From positions 1 through 64,000 of the IMG/VR virus record IMGVR_UViG_3300025093_000019: DNA of 64,000 nucleotides. The stretch is one strand, 5' to 3'. Below the pieces are notes generated by a model. It was not told the origin of the DNA, ran no database searches, and was given only the letters and a program-made list of their open reading frames with translations. Positions 47,089-56,775 of the stretch are shown here, one piece after another. Source of the DNA: a virus. Made by a program: the position numbers and the translations under genes. Every line of letters begins with the position of its first letter. Position 1 is the stretch's first letter.

Positions 47089-48195
47089 CTAGAAGCCACC
47101 AAATCTTTCTGGAGCCGCTAGTGCGTCAAAATCTATTTGAGAAGGATCATTTTCAGCACCACCCTTTCTTGGTCCGTTAGGCTTTTTGTCAAGCTTATTT
47201 AGAATTGCATCTTTTCCGGATTCTTTTGCATCAGTTAACGCTGCTCTAATTTTTTCATCACCTTTCCACAGCATCATTGCTACTTTTACTAGCGTTTCGT
47301 TGCTTTGCAACATTTGCATCATTGGAGCTGATCCTGTTTCATCTGGCGTAACAAGCTTTGAAAAATAATTTCCGAACTCCTGTTTTTCGCTTGGCGTTAT
47401 TGGAAGTCCGTACACATCTTCTGCTTGATTAATTAGGCTAAGAGACTCTTTAATTTGTTTGTCTCTTTCTAAGTTAATTGATTTCGTTTGCTCTTCATAA
47501 TTAGCTTGATCTTGTTCAGCTTGTTGTCTCAATTGAGTTTGCTGCTGTTCATTGATCTGATTTCTCAATTTGCCTGCTTCTATTTCTAGCATGCCGGCAT
47601 TGTCTAATTTGTCAAGAACTTGGTTGACTTTTTTATCATCCCAATCCTTATAATGATGCTGATAGTTTGCAGCAAGCAATTCTCTGTCACTCATCGCAGA
47701 AACATTGTCTCTTTGTTGCATTGACTTCATTACTTGTTCAAAACTAGCACCAGTATTTAAAGCCTCTTGCATAGCTACTAATTCAGGATGAAACTCCTGC
47801 TGTTCACTTTGTTGAGGTGTTAGTACCTTCTGAAGAACATCTATATAGTTTTCTTCATTGATACCTTCCGGGATCTCCCACTCAGGATTAGCCTCTTTGA
47901 GTTGTTCAAATGGCTTCATCCAGTAGTGATCTTGTACATCGGATTGAGTTGATGTATTATCAACTGTTTGATCTTGACTGTTGTTTTGATCTAATTCTTG
48001 GTTCTGATTTGAAACATCCTCGTCTAGGTTAGGAAGATTCTCAGGAATGCCATCACCACCTGGAGGATTATCCGGATCAGCATTTTCAGCTGGAAATAGT
48101 ACCGGATCATAATTTCCTTCAGGTGCAGATAATGCATCCAAGTTTACTTCTAAACCTTCTGAATTATTTTCAGTATTTTGATTATTCTCTGTCAT
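47089..48195 (-). CDS. Putative scaffolding protein
   Basis: Acidic disordered N-terminus, coiled-coil Q/E-rich body; sits between portal and MCP; L/FDAL(S/A)APE motif at both ends. Confidence 0.6.
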   Translation of the reverse strand: MTENNQNTENNSEGLEVNLDALSAPEGNYDPVLFPAENADPDNPPGGDGIPENLPNLDEDVSNQNQELDQNNSQDQTVDNTSTQSDVQDHYWMKPFEQLKEANPEWEIPEGINEENYIDVLQKVLTPQQSEQQEFHPELVAMQEALNTGASFEQVMKSMQQRDNVSAMSDRELLAANYQHHYKDWDDKKVNQVLDKLDNAGMLEIEAGKLRNQINEQQQTQLRQQAEQDQANYEEQTKSINLERDKQIKESLSLINQAEDVYGLPITPSEKQEFGNYFSKLVTPDETGSAPMMQMLQSNETLVKVAMMLWKGDEKIRAALTDAKESGKDAILNKLDKKPNGPRKGGAENDPSQIDFDALAAPERFGGF

Positions 48196-48237
48196 AACAT
48201 TGTTTTTATTTCTGTGATCTTTTTTTCTCTTTCTCTA

Positions 48238-48250
48238 GCAAATATAAGAA
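48238..48250 (-). promoter_or_regulatory. Bacteroidota sigma70 -7 promoter box upstream of scaffold/MCP
   Basis: The minus strand reads ttctTATATTTGc (TAnnTTTG) in the intergenic gap, 43 nt upstream of the scaffold ATG. Confidence 0.55.
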
Positions 48251-48263
48251 ATTCAACTTTTAA

Positions 48264-50789
48264 TTAAGTATCCTTTACTTTCTCTTTCTTTTGTCCAGCT
48301 TTAACTAACTGATCCTGTGTAGCTTCAGCACCCTGTATAGCAAGGTCTGCTTTAGCCATTACAAAGTCCATATTTGTTGCACGTTTCTGCTCGTCAAGAT
48401 AAGCCATCTCAACATCTCTTTCAGTATCGATTTGCTTATTGTCAGTCGTGTTTTCAATATTAAGTTTTTGCTGTTCAAATTGTTGTTGCATTCCAAACTT
48501 CTGCATTTCCCAATTAAGTTTAGCTTGCTCAATTTGAGCCATCATATTTTTAGCATCATCAGCTTGTTTGTCAAGAGCCATTTTTAACTCAGCATCCATC
48601 TGCTTCATCTGTGTTTCATGATCCCTTGTTGCTTGATTATTCTGCTCTACTCTTTGCATTGCAAGTTCTTCATACTGCTCTACTTTTGCTTCTAACTCTC
48701 TCAAGTTATCTACGTTGTAAAGCTTAACAAGGTTTCCAAAAGTTAACATTCCTTCTTGATGTTTTGCAAAAGCCATTTGCTTTATATCTTGAAGTGCTCT
48801 TTCTTCTTTACCACTATCTGTAGTAAAGATCATGTAATCTGCTCTGTCTAAAGTTTCTTGCGGAACATCTAATAACTCTTGTGCAAAGTCACCTAAAATG
48901 TAGGATCCCTTTTTACCTTTTTTCCATGCTTTTCTACACAGGTTAATCACTCTGTTCAAAACTTTTCTTTTTACTTGTTCGTGATCATAGAATATAATTT
49001 CAGTAACAAGTGCTGAGTTTTTAATCGATTGTTCTGTTGTTCCTACTTGATCTGTTGGTGCAATATCCCCCATACGCTGAGGTGATACACCAGTAATACT
49101 TGAAGCCAACTGTTCAAGGTGTTGAAGCATTTGAAGCAAGTATTGAATACCTGGCCCCATTGAATCATCAAAGTTTTGGAATTGATTAAAAGATGGCTGA
49201 CGATTCATTCCTGACCTCACCGACTGAATCCAACCAACTCCCATCTTGCGTTGATACATCCACTCTTTCAAGGACATTCCTTCTGGAACTTGAGACTTAT
49301 CCATAATAAATCCTTTTACTCCTGACAAAGCAAGCCATAATTCTTTATGATAGTGAATAAGGTTGTATAGTATTTGAACATCTTTAGCCGCCCAAACAAG
49401 TGAGTATGGTTTTCTCGTGTACATGTTGTGTGCACGCCCAACATATGGAAGCTCAACTCTTCCGTAATTGTCTTGAGATCTTACTACACTTTTCTTTCTG
49501 CAATCGACATAAATATCTTGATCAATAAGAACACCTTGGTATATGTCATTCTTGTATCCGACAACTTCTTTTTCTCCTTTGTCTGTTCTTGCAGATTCAG
49601 ACTCAGACATCATATGAGTAAAATAACTTCCTTCTCTGTGTGGGTTTGGAGATTTTTTAGCTCTTAGTTTTGTAGGTGATTGCCAATAGCAGCGAGCAAC
49701 ACGGATAACATTAGCGTAGTCTTCAGAACCAGCATAAAGAGTATCGGGTCCGCAACCATCAACATTATTATTTCCATACTCACCTCCGTTAACTGAATAG
49801 TTATATCCATAATATCCATAGCCATATCCAGTTTGAGTGTTTATATAAGAAGATCTACTTTTTAGCTTCTCGATATCTTGAAAGCTCATCTTATCACCAA
49901 ACTCATCGATGATTTGATTTATACTCATAAATCTTTCTTCCATACACCACTCAGAATCACCAACCCAATCAACTTGGCTATCACCAGCATAATAGAATCC
50001 CATTGGATTTACTTTTCTGATAACAGGATCTTCTGACTGATCACTCTCTTCCCAATCAGCAAAATAGTATTCTTTATCAACTATCAGTTTATCTTCAAAT
50101 CCAAGATTAAAGAGATCTCTTAGATTTTGAGTGGCTATTAGATATTTCAATCCTTTCTCAGCCATAATCTCTAAGAAGTCCTTGAACTTATATTTGAAGT
50201 AAAGCTCAATATCTTTTAGCTCATCTTCATTAATCAAATTTTCATGGGATATAACATATCTACCCATTGTCAATTGATTCTCAGCAGCTTTTAATTGCAT
50301 TTCCAATTCTGGTGGAACTTGCCCTCCCTCTTCTGCGGCTTGTTGTCTTGCTTGGTTTATTTGTTGCTGAATCATATCCAAGTTTTCTAAAGCTTGCTTG
50401 TAAGCTAAAGAAACTTGCATTTTCTTTTGAGACATTATTGAAACAATCTTCTCAAATTTCTTTTGATTCTTGTCGTTAACAGAATTACTATCGATACTAA
50501 AGACTCTCCAGTTGAAAGGTCTTTTAGTTTCTTCTGCTCTTAACCTGTCAAATTTTGGGCGAAGTAATGGAACGAATCTAATCTTTGCAGGGTATTCATA
50601 GTCGCCAACTTTTCTTAGATAATCAAAGTCTTGGTCATTTTGAATACCATTATACATGTCATAGCAGAACTTATCTTTTGCCTTACTGATCTTGCTGGTA
50701 AATGACATTTTTACAATTGCACTTACGCATCGTTTCATCCATTCTTTGTTCTTGGAACTTTCAGGTATATTTTGATTCGGTAACGGCAT
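48264..50789 (-). CDS. Portal protein
   Basis: 841 aa directly after TerL; P.Q.IP...K..EW, YPAKI, L..EE.KRPF, ITGVS.QR.G.I, coiled-coil C-terminus. Confidence 0.85.
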   Translation of the reverse strand: MPLPNQNIPESSKNKEWMKRCVSAIVKMSFTSKISKAKDKFCYDMYNGIQNDQDFDYLRKVGDYEYPAKIRFVPLLRPKFDRLRAEETKRPFNWRVFSIDSNSVNDKNQKKFEKIVSIMSQKKMQVSLAYKQALENLDMIQQQINQARQQAAEEGGQVPPELEMQLKAAENQLTMGRYVISHENLINEDELKDIELYFKYKFKDFLEIMAEKGLKYLIATQNLRDLFNLGFEDKLIVDKEYYFADWEESDQSEDPVIRKVNPMGFYYAGDSQVDWVGDSEWCMEERFMSINQIIDEFGDKMSFQDIEKLKSRSSYINTQTGYGYGYYGYNYSVNGGEYGNNNVDGCGPDTLYAGSEDYANVIRVARCYWQSPTKLRAKKSPNPHREGSYFTHMMSESESARTDKGEKEVVGYKNDIYQGVLIDQDIYVDCRKKSVVRSQDNYGRVELPYVGRAHNMYTRKPYSLVWAAKDVQILYNLIHYHKELWLALSGVKGFIMDKSQVPEGMSLKEWMYQRKMGVGWIQSVRSGMNRQPSFNQFQNFDDSMGPGIQYLLQMLQHLEQLASSITGVSPQRMGDIAPTDQVGTTEQSIKNSALVTEIIFYDHEQVKRKVLNRVINLCRKAWKKGKKGSYILGDFAQELLDVPQETLDRADYMIFTTDSGKEERALQDIKQMAFAKHQEGMLTFGNLVKLYNVDNLRELEAKVEQYEELAMQRVEQNNQATRDHETQMKQMDAELKMALDKQADDAKNMMAQIEQAKLNWEMQKFGMQQQFEQQKLNIENTTDNKQIDTERDVEMAYLDEQKRATNMDFVMAKADLAIQGAEATQDQLVKAGQKKEKVKDT

Positions 50790-50793
50790 TTTT

Positions 50794-52665
50794 TTAAAAA
50801 TTTTGCATTAGTTTTCCTCCACTACTTTTAAAATGAAAAAACTCTTCTTTTTGCGTTTTATATTGATCTTTATTGATCTTAATATTGACGTTATCTTTTG
50901 CATGGCAAATAGCTAAAGAAGAAGATATTGTGATGTCACAGTTGTATCCTTTTTCATTTCTAAATTTAATTGCTCTTTCAACTTGGTATGAATCATACAT
51001 AACTTCAGAATAATCTTCAATGTAATCTCTATACATTACAAGCCATTCATTCTTTGTTCCTGGATCCACACCATACTTGTTGTTTACTTTACTATCTTTT
51101 ACGTTTGCATAAGCAATGGCCGGTCTTAATTTTAAGTATCCTTCAAATCCATTATTCTTATACCAGTTAAAGATAGCGATATTTGACCACTCGATTAGAT
51201 TTGGTGCTCGATAGTACATACATAGTTTTGCAGTTTCTTCGTAAAACTTTTCAGCTGTGGCTGGTCTGTCTGTGTATCTAGCAACAAACATATTTGAAGT
51301 TGAATCTACATCTTTAAACATCTTATACATAGAACAAGATCCTTTTGAGTCTGATGTCTGTGCTTCATCTTTGTCGTAAGAATCTGTTCCTGCGACATAT
51401 AAGTTTAAGAACACTTCATCGTTCTGATCTTTTTCCGGATGCTCCATTATTAGCAAGCTTCCATTTTCATCATGAACAAATCTGACATCAATGATTTTAC
51501 CAAGTTCATTTTTAATCCATTCAAGTCTTCCTCTGTCTGGTAAGTTTAAAAGTGCTTTATTGTTTCTTAGTCTAGCAAACTGCTGATTAAGTAAAGCTTG
51601 ATTAAACATATTACCACCGGTCCTCATAAATGCTTCACTCGGAACAATCGGATCCTGTGTAATCGTGTTTACAAAGTCATCTACCTTTTTAGACTTTCTT
51701 GCTGCTTCTCTTTTTTCATTGATAAAATCAAGGCTCTCTTGTTTTAATGAGTTCCCTTCCTTGTCAACCATCTTGAATTTCCAAGCAGGACAGAAGTATC
51801 CGACCTTATCTTCTCCTCCATCCTCTTCGTATTCATTCTCAAAGGCCATCATATCATAGGCCTCTGGAAAATAGAACATTTGCTCAAGTTCGGCAGCACC
51901 CTTTTCCATGTCTCCACCAGTACCAACAATAATTGCAAATCCTGTCTTTTCACCACCCTCTGCTTCGAGTGCTGGTTGAATATACTTGAATGAATCAATT
52001 AGTCCTGGGAACTTACCGGCCTCTTCAAAGATTATCAATGAAGGAGACTTACCGATAGTTGCTTGCGGATTGTTTTTAGATGTAATGTTATAGATTTCAC
52101 TATGTATCCCTTTCCAATATGGAACACCTCCTTCAATAACTTTATATCTAGCTTGGATATACTCAAGAGTGTCTGGCTGTCTTCTTTTGTAAAACTCAGT
52201 TTCTTTTAAAGAGTTTAGACCACGGACACACATCCTCATAGTTGCATTAGAATACTTTTCTTCTCCAGCAGTAATAATTGTTTGAGAGTGAGGAAAGAAT
52301 GTGAATTCTTTACCCATTAGTGCAGCATGCTTTTCAGAAAATCCTTTCTGACGAGCTTTTACAACACACAAATGTTTTCCTGCACTTCTTGCTTTTTCTA
52401 CAGCTAAGAAATACTCAAGATCCATGTCGATAAATCTAGGAGGTATTAATGTTTTCCTTCCTGTAGTTTTATCCTTACCACGAATCTTCCAAAAGTTTAA
52501 GTACCAGTAATAATCGCCAGGGATATAAATTCCTCCGACTTCATAACCCTCTATGCATCTTCTTTTTTGCTCCATCCACCACTCACGATATTCATAAGAA
52601 AGTGGATTAGCATTAGTAATGCCATCCATTATTACTGGTGAAAAGTATTCTGTATTCACCAACAT
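50794..52665 (-). CDS. terL: Terminase large subunit
   Basis: Likely start MLVNTE at 52665; Walker A KARQKGFS, Walker B IIFEEAG, coupling motif GTGG, RNase H-like AGTDSY...YNCD. Confidence 0.9.
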   Translation of the reverse strand: MLVNTEYFSPVIMDGITNANPLSYEYREWWMEQKRRCIEGYEVGGIYIPGDYYWYLNFWKIRGKDKTTGRKTLIPPRFIDMDLEYFLAVEKARSAGKHLCVVKARQKGFSEKHAALMGKEFTFFPHSQTIITAGEEKYSNATMRMCVRGLNSLKETEFYKRRQPDTLEYIQARYKVIEGGVPYWKGIHSEIYNITSKNNPQATIGKSPSLIIFEEAGKFPGLIDSFKYIQPALEAEGGEKTGFAIIVGTGGDMEKGAAELEQMFYFPEAYDMMAFENEYEEDGGEDKVGYFCPAWKFKMVDKEGNSLKQESLDFINEKREAARKSKKVDDFVNTITQDPIVPSEAFMRTGGNMFNQALLNQQFARLRNNKALLNLPDRGRLEWIKNELGKIIDVRFVHDENGSLLIMEHPEKDQNDEVFLNLYVAGTDSYDKDEAQTSDSKGSCSMYKMFKDVDSTSNMFVARYTDRPATAEKFYEETAKLCMYYRAPNLIEWSNIAIFNWYKNNGFEGYLKLRPAIAYANVKDSKVNNKYGVDPGTKNEWLVMYRDYIEDYSEVMYDSYQVERAIKFRNEKGYNCDITISSSLAICHAKDNVNIKINKDQYKTQKEEFFHFKSSGGKLMQNF

Positions 52666-52713
52666 AATAACGCCAATAAGCAAAGAACGATCAATAGATC
52701 TTTCTTCTTGTTT

Positions 52714-53370
52714 CTAAAACTCTCTCAATAAACAGTAAGTAACAAATTTTTGCTTACCACTGTTTAATGCATCTTCATACCATTCCATTTGATCAAGATA
52801 TTCTTCTCTTTCATTTGTGACCTGGCATCCAGCACTCCAACCTCCAATTGTCCAAATTGTTTTGTCTAGATTTGCATCAGAAAAATCATAAGTGTTCATA
52901 TGATAGTTGATTCCATACCAACCAGATATTGGTTCTCCTAATTCTTCTGATTTACCATCCATGTCGCCATCACGATAAACAATAACCTCTGCACCTCTCT
53001 GACGAAGAGCAGGCATTCTTCCTCTGTGCATTCCATACTTCCAAACATTGTAATACCACATATTTGACTTTAATACAGCTGCTCCTTTTGGATTGAAAGA
53101 CTTAAAACCTCCTTTAAGGATTTTTATTCCTGGATTTGTCGTACCGGTTAATACCCGAATGAAAAGCATTTTACTAGTATCCATAGTAAATTCTTCTCCA
53201 ATGTTTTCATATTCATAAAACTTATCATCATATACATTTGAAGTATCCTCTTGGGATCTTACTCCAATGATGAATCGACCTTTAGGAAATCCTTTAAATC
53301 CTTCTACAAGCATAGATCCTTCAAGAAGATCTCTGTCTGTATATTTTCTAACTGCTGTGTGTTCTGACAT
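52714..53370 (-). CDS. Putative endolysin with an L,D-transpeptidase (YkuD)-like catalytic motif
   Basis: GINYH...IGGWSAGCQV (H...SxGC), TTNPG, VYRDGDMDG; adjacent to lipoprotein and holin-like genes. Confidence 0.6.
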   Translation of the reverse strand: MSEHTAVRKYTDRDLLEGSMLVEGFKGFPKGRFIIGVRSQEDTSNVYDDKFYEYENIGEEFTMDTSKMLFIRVLTGTTNPGIKILKGGFKSFNPKGAAVLKSNMWYYNVWKYGMHRGRMPALRQRGAEVIVYRDGDMDGKSEELGEPISGWYGINYHMNTYDFSDANLDKTIWTIGGWSAGCQVTNEREEYLDQMEWYEDALNSGKQKFVTYCLLREF

Positions 53371-53371
53371 T

Positions 53372-53797
53372 TTATCTCTGTTTTCTAAATTGTAATACAA
53401 AGTAAAGCACTGCTAAAATAAACAATGCAATTAATATCCATTTTACTGACGACATCCATTCTGGTGTCTTTTCAAAATATCGTACAGGAACTACTCTTTC
53501 TTCAACCATAACCGTATCTCTACATTGACCTTCAATGTAAACAGAATCTCTAACTCTATATACTTTTACTTCTAATCTGTCGTGGTTTACATGTATTGTA
53601 TCAAGAAGTTCTCTGATGTGAGTAACAGTATCATGCTCTACCTTTGGAACATAAACTGAATCAGTAATGTAGAGTGTGTCTTGCTCATGGACATAGGGAA
53701 ACCTGTCAACTAATCGTTGATGTCTTTTAATTGGATCACAAGAAGTAGATCCAAAGAAAACAATAAGCAAAATCGATATGCTAATTGCTACCCTCAT
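53372..53797 (-). CDS. Lipoprotein with C-terminal TM helix (unimolecular-spanin-like)
   Basis: Signal peptide ending FFGSTSC (lipobox), DT/DS-rich beta region, C-terminal TM WILIALFILAVLYFVL. Confidence 0.6.
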   Translation of the reverse strand: MRVAISISILLIVFFGSTSCDPIKRHQRLVDRFPYVHEQDTLYITDSVYVPKVEHDTVTHIRELLDTIHVNHDRLEVKVYRVRDSVYIEGQCRDTVMVEERVVPVRYFEKTPEWMSSVKWILIALFILAVLYFVLQFRKQR

Positions 53798-54029
53798 TTT
53801 TCTCTTTGTCTATTCTAGTTTTTCTTATGTCTTGCCAAACGGCAACACCAAGCATAACACAAACAAACCCCAAAAGTATTTCAAGCACTGTTACATAATT
53901 TTTAGAACCAGTAAATCTAATAACCACATATATAACTAAAGCAAAAGTCAAAAGAGCTAAAAATCTTTTAGATGAGTCTGGAGAATCAGACTTAACTATA
54001 CTACCAAGATATTTCCAGATCTTATTCAT
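53781..54029 (-). CDS. Holin-like two-TM protein
   Basis: SSKRF then two TM helices and a charged C-terminus; within the lysis cassette. Confidence 0.6.
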   Translation of the reverse strand: MNKIWKYLGSIVKSDSPDSSKRFLALLTFALVIYVVIRFTGSKNYVTVLEILLGFVCVMLGVAVWQDIRKTRIDKEKNEGSN

Positions 54030-54367
54030 TTTAACTTATCTATTGCGGCTGTAATTTTTTCAACTATCCTAAGTTCCATTTGAGCAATAGCTGTTTCTAG
54101 TTTGCTATGTCCAGTGCTCATTTCTTTTTGAATGTCTTGAATAACATTGTTTTGATCGTCAATACGTTTGTGTAATGCGGTATTCATTTCTTTTTTACGT
54201 TCTCGAACATCTTGAAGCTCTTTTTCCTGTTCCTCATTTTTAGCTTCTTGTAAATCAAGACGTGCTTTTAATTTATAGTATGCTCCCATAGCACCAAGGA
54301 TTCCTGATCCGGCCCCAATTAAAACATCCAATCCTATTTGCATTTCGTTCAAAGCGGCAAGTATCAT
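54026..54367 (-). CDS. TM plus coiled-coil protein (lysis cassette)
   Basis: N-terminal hydrophobic helix, then a coiled coil. Confidence 0.55.
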   Translation of the reverse strand: MILAALNEMQIGLDVLIGAGSGILGAMGAYYKLKARLDLQEAKNEEQEKELQDVRERKKEMNTALHKRIDDQNNVIQDIQKEMSTGHSKLETAIAQMELRIVEKITAAIDKLK

Positions 54368-54891
54368 TTTTGGTTTTTCTTAAATATATACAACTCGTAA
54401 GCTGCAATACAATGATCTTCATGTTTAAAGTCCAACCTACTTAAAACATTAGATATTAGTATCCCAGTTTTATTTAGTTTTCCCCTCTTTTTAAGATCAC
54501 CTAAAGCAGCACTTATTGTAATATCGCCCTCTCCAAAATATGTACATTCTTCTGATGTAACTAGATCTTCTATTAATTCGCCAATCAAAACATTTCCTAG
54601 CAAATCAATCAAAAATCCAACAAATAAGAAACCTCTTCTTATTACTACCCAACATTGATATAACACATTAAGACACCATCTACCGATTCTTTTCAATCTT
54701 TCTGGCCAACTTCTTTTTCTATAATCATAAAAAGGTTTTGAGAAAGTATAGACTATTCCTAATGGAAATAGTCCTACCGGGATAATGTCCCATATCCAGA
54801 ACCATGGTAACGCTAAAGCAACAGCCAAAAATGCCACTAGTAGCGTACCAAATTCTTTAAGAATGAAATTTATTGTTTTCATCTTATTCAC
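54364..54891 (-). CDS. Phage membrane protein
   Basis: Hydrophobic segments; D.LGN...FG....TISAALG...HC motif common in phage membrane proteins. Confidence 0.55.
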   Translation of the reverse strand: MNKMKTINFILKEFGTLLVAFLAVALALPWFWIWDIIPVGLFPLGIVYTFSKPFYDYRKRSWPERLKRIGRWCLNVLYQCWVVIRRGFLFVGFLIDLLGNVLIGELIEDLVTSEECTYFGEGDITISAALGDLKKRGKLNKTGILISNVLSRLDFKHEDHCIAAYELYIFKKNQK

Positions 54892-55192
54892 TTTTCATAC
54901 CTTCAACATCATCTTGGAAAACCAAGATGTCTTCATGAATCACTCCCCATCTACTTGCTTTAACATACCCTTTTAAGTTGTCTGCGTCATTATCTTCAAA
55001 CTTAATTAGGTCATTAGTATTTGGAGCAGCTTCTACTGCTTTCATGATTCTCAATCTTTTCCTCATTTCAGATGGAGATATACCTCCTTGAGGAACAGCA
55101 TTTAATGCTACCGCAATAAGATCTGCATAAACTGCATTTGTTTCTCCGTCTGGATTCTTTAGCGTTGTTTCTTTGTTCTGTAAAACTTTCAT
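54884..55192 (-). CDS. Hypothetical protein (possible fibre assembly chaperone)
   Basis: Follows the fibre genes; call based on position only. Confidence 0.5.
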   Translation of the reverse strand: MKVLQNKETTLKNPDGETNAVYADLIAVALNAVPQGGISPSEMRKRLRIMKAVEAAPNTNDLIKFEDNDADNLKGYVKASRWGVIHEDILVFQDDVEGMKSE

Positions 55193-55221
55193 CTTATTAT
55201 TATTTATTGGTTACACTATTT

Positions 55222-56751
55222 TTAAAAACTAATTTCTTTTTCAAAAACATTTTGCACCAAAATACCTACTGCACCTTCAATCGTCCAATCTGCGTTTGAT
55301 ACATTTTCTAATGCAAAATAAAAACCGCCTAAAACAAAAGGATCATTAGCAGATGCTGTATAGGTTACAAAAACGTGCTGTTGCCCTGTTATACCACTTG
55401 TACTATCATATCTTTGAACAGGTATAGCAGAACCAATTACACTGTCATCTTCATATCTACGAAGTTGTAAGTTTGCATATTTAACTGCTCCCGTATTTAC
55501 ATTAAAGTTTACTCTGATATAATGTTGTATTCTTGTATTAAAATAAGGTTTACCTGTATACGGTATTAATAAGTGGTCAGGCACAGGTGTACTTCCACCC
55601 GTAAACTCTTGTACTATATTACCACTTAAATCTCCCGTCAAATTAGTAATAGTCATATTTATTAAATTAGCTCTTGAAGAACAAAATCTTAATCTACCAT
55701 CAGCACCACTTCCTAAAGCAAAAAGCCTAATATTTAATGCGTTTAATGCCGCTTCGTGTGTTGCAACAAAATCACTAGCAGTTGTAAACTCATCAGTGTT
55801 AAAAGTCACTAAATAATTAGTAACCCCTCCGTCAAAAGAAACATTAGCAGTACCCCCAACAGTTTGAGTTAACTGTATTGAAAGTCCGTAAGCAATATTG
55901 TACTCATCATAAGGTGTAGTACCAGCAGAATACATTGTTAAAGTTGCTGTCTCATTATCTGAAGCACCTCCTCCTTGAACTATTGTAACTACATCTCCTT
56001 CTGTATAATTATTACCTTTATCGTTTATTGTAATTGAAGTGATATCCCCACCTACTGCAACTATGTCAAATGTCAAACCTACTCCTGTACCACCTGTTGT
56101 AGGAACATTGTTTGCAGTAACATAACCTGTACCAACAACTCCATCTAAAGTTGCAGATTCTACAACAGGGTTTACCTTATCACTTGCTAAATCTGTTACA
56201 GTTGCAGTTTCATCATCAGATGCTCCACCACCTTGTACAATAGTAATAACATCATTTAAAGTATATCCAAAACCTGGATTATTTATTGTTACTGAAGTAA
56301 CATCTCCACCACCATCTGCTACAATATCGACCGTCATTCCTGTACCACTACCTGTTGTTGTAGTTGCAACTCCATTAGCTGTTACATAACCTGTTCCTGT
56401 TACACCTCCTAAAGTTAATTCAGAAGCGTATAAGTCATCTCTAAAAAACGTAAGTCCATTTGCAGTTGCTCCTGTTAATAAAACAGTTGCAGGTGAAGTT
56501 TTTTCCCATTGTGTAGATGAAATATTGTATGCATTTGTGCTTGCTCCACCAGAAGAAACTTCTTTCCATACAGCTGCACCTGTTCCGGAGTCAGCACAAA
56601 GAAATACTTTGTTTAGTGTTGTATTAACCCAAACTGATCCTTCTTCGTATCCTGATGTATTGTCATCTCCAACAGCTGGATTTACAGTTGCTGACAGATT
56701 GTTTTTTGTCGGAAACTCCGCATTGCTATCTATATTACCAAATCTTCCCAT
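55222..56751 (-). CDS. Structural fibre/spike protein with an internal ~75-aa tandem duplication
   Basis: P.V.DD...GY..GS.W.N...F.C.D...GAAVW N-terminal fibre motif; two copies of GTGYVTAN...T.DIVA.GG..TS.TIN..G..YT..DV.TIVQGGGASD.ETAT. Confidence 0.7.
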   Translation of the reverse strand: MGRFGNIDSNAEFPTKNNLSATVNPAVGDDNTSGYEEGSVWVNTTLNKVFLCADSGTGAAVWKEVSSGGASTNAYNISSTQWEKTSPATVLLTGATANGLTFFRDDLYASELTLGGVTGTGYVTANGVATTTTGSGTGMTVDIVADGGGDVTSVTINNPGFGYTLNDVITIVQGGGASDDETATVTDLASDKVNPVVESATLDGVVGTGYVTANNVPTTGGTGVGLTFDIVAVGGDITSITINDKGNNYTEGDVVTIVQGGGASDNETATLTMYSAGTTPYDEYNIAYGLSIQLTQTVGGTANVSFDGGVTNYLVTFNTDEFTTASDFVATHEAALNALNIRLFALGSGADGRLRFCSSRANLINMTITNLTGDLSGNIVQEFTGGSTPVPDHLLIPYTGKPYFNTRIQHYIRVNFNVNTGAVKYANLQLRRYEDDSVIGSAIPVQRYDSTSGITGQQHVFVTYTASANDPFVLGGFYFALENVSNADWTIEGAVGILVQNVFEKEISF

Positions 56752-56775
56752 TTTAATAAATTTTATGTAAGTTCA

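Noticed and set aside
7779-52683. Inteins or self-splicing introns in TerL, MCP or vRNAP
   Set aside because: No intein C/S...HN boundaries or homing-endonuclease motifs were recognised, gene lengths are normal, and frames are uninterrupted.
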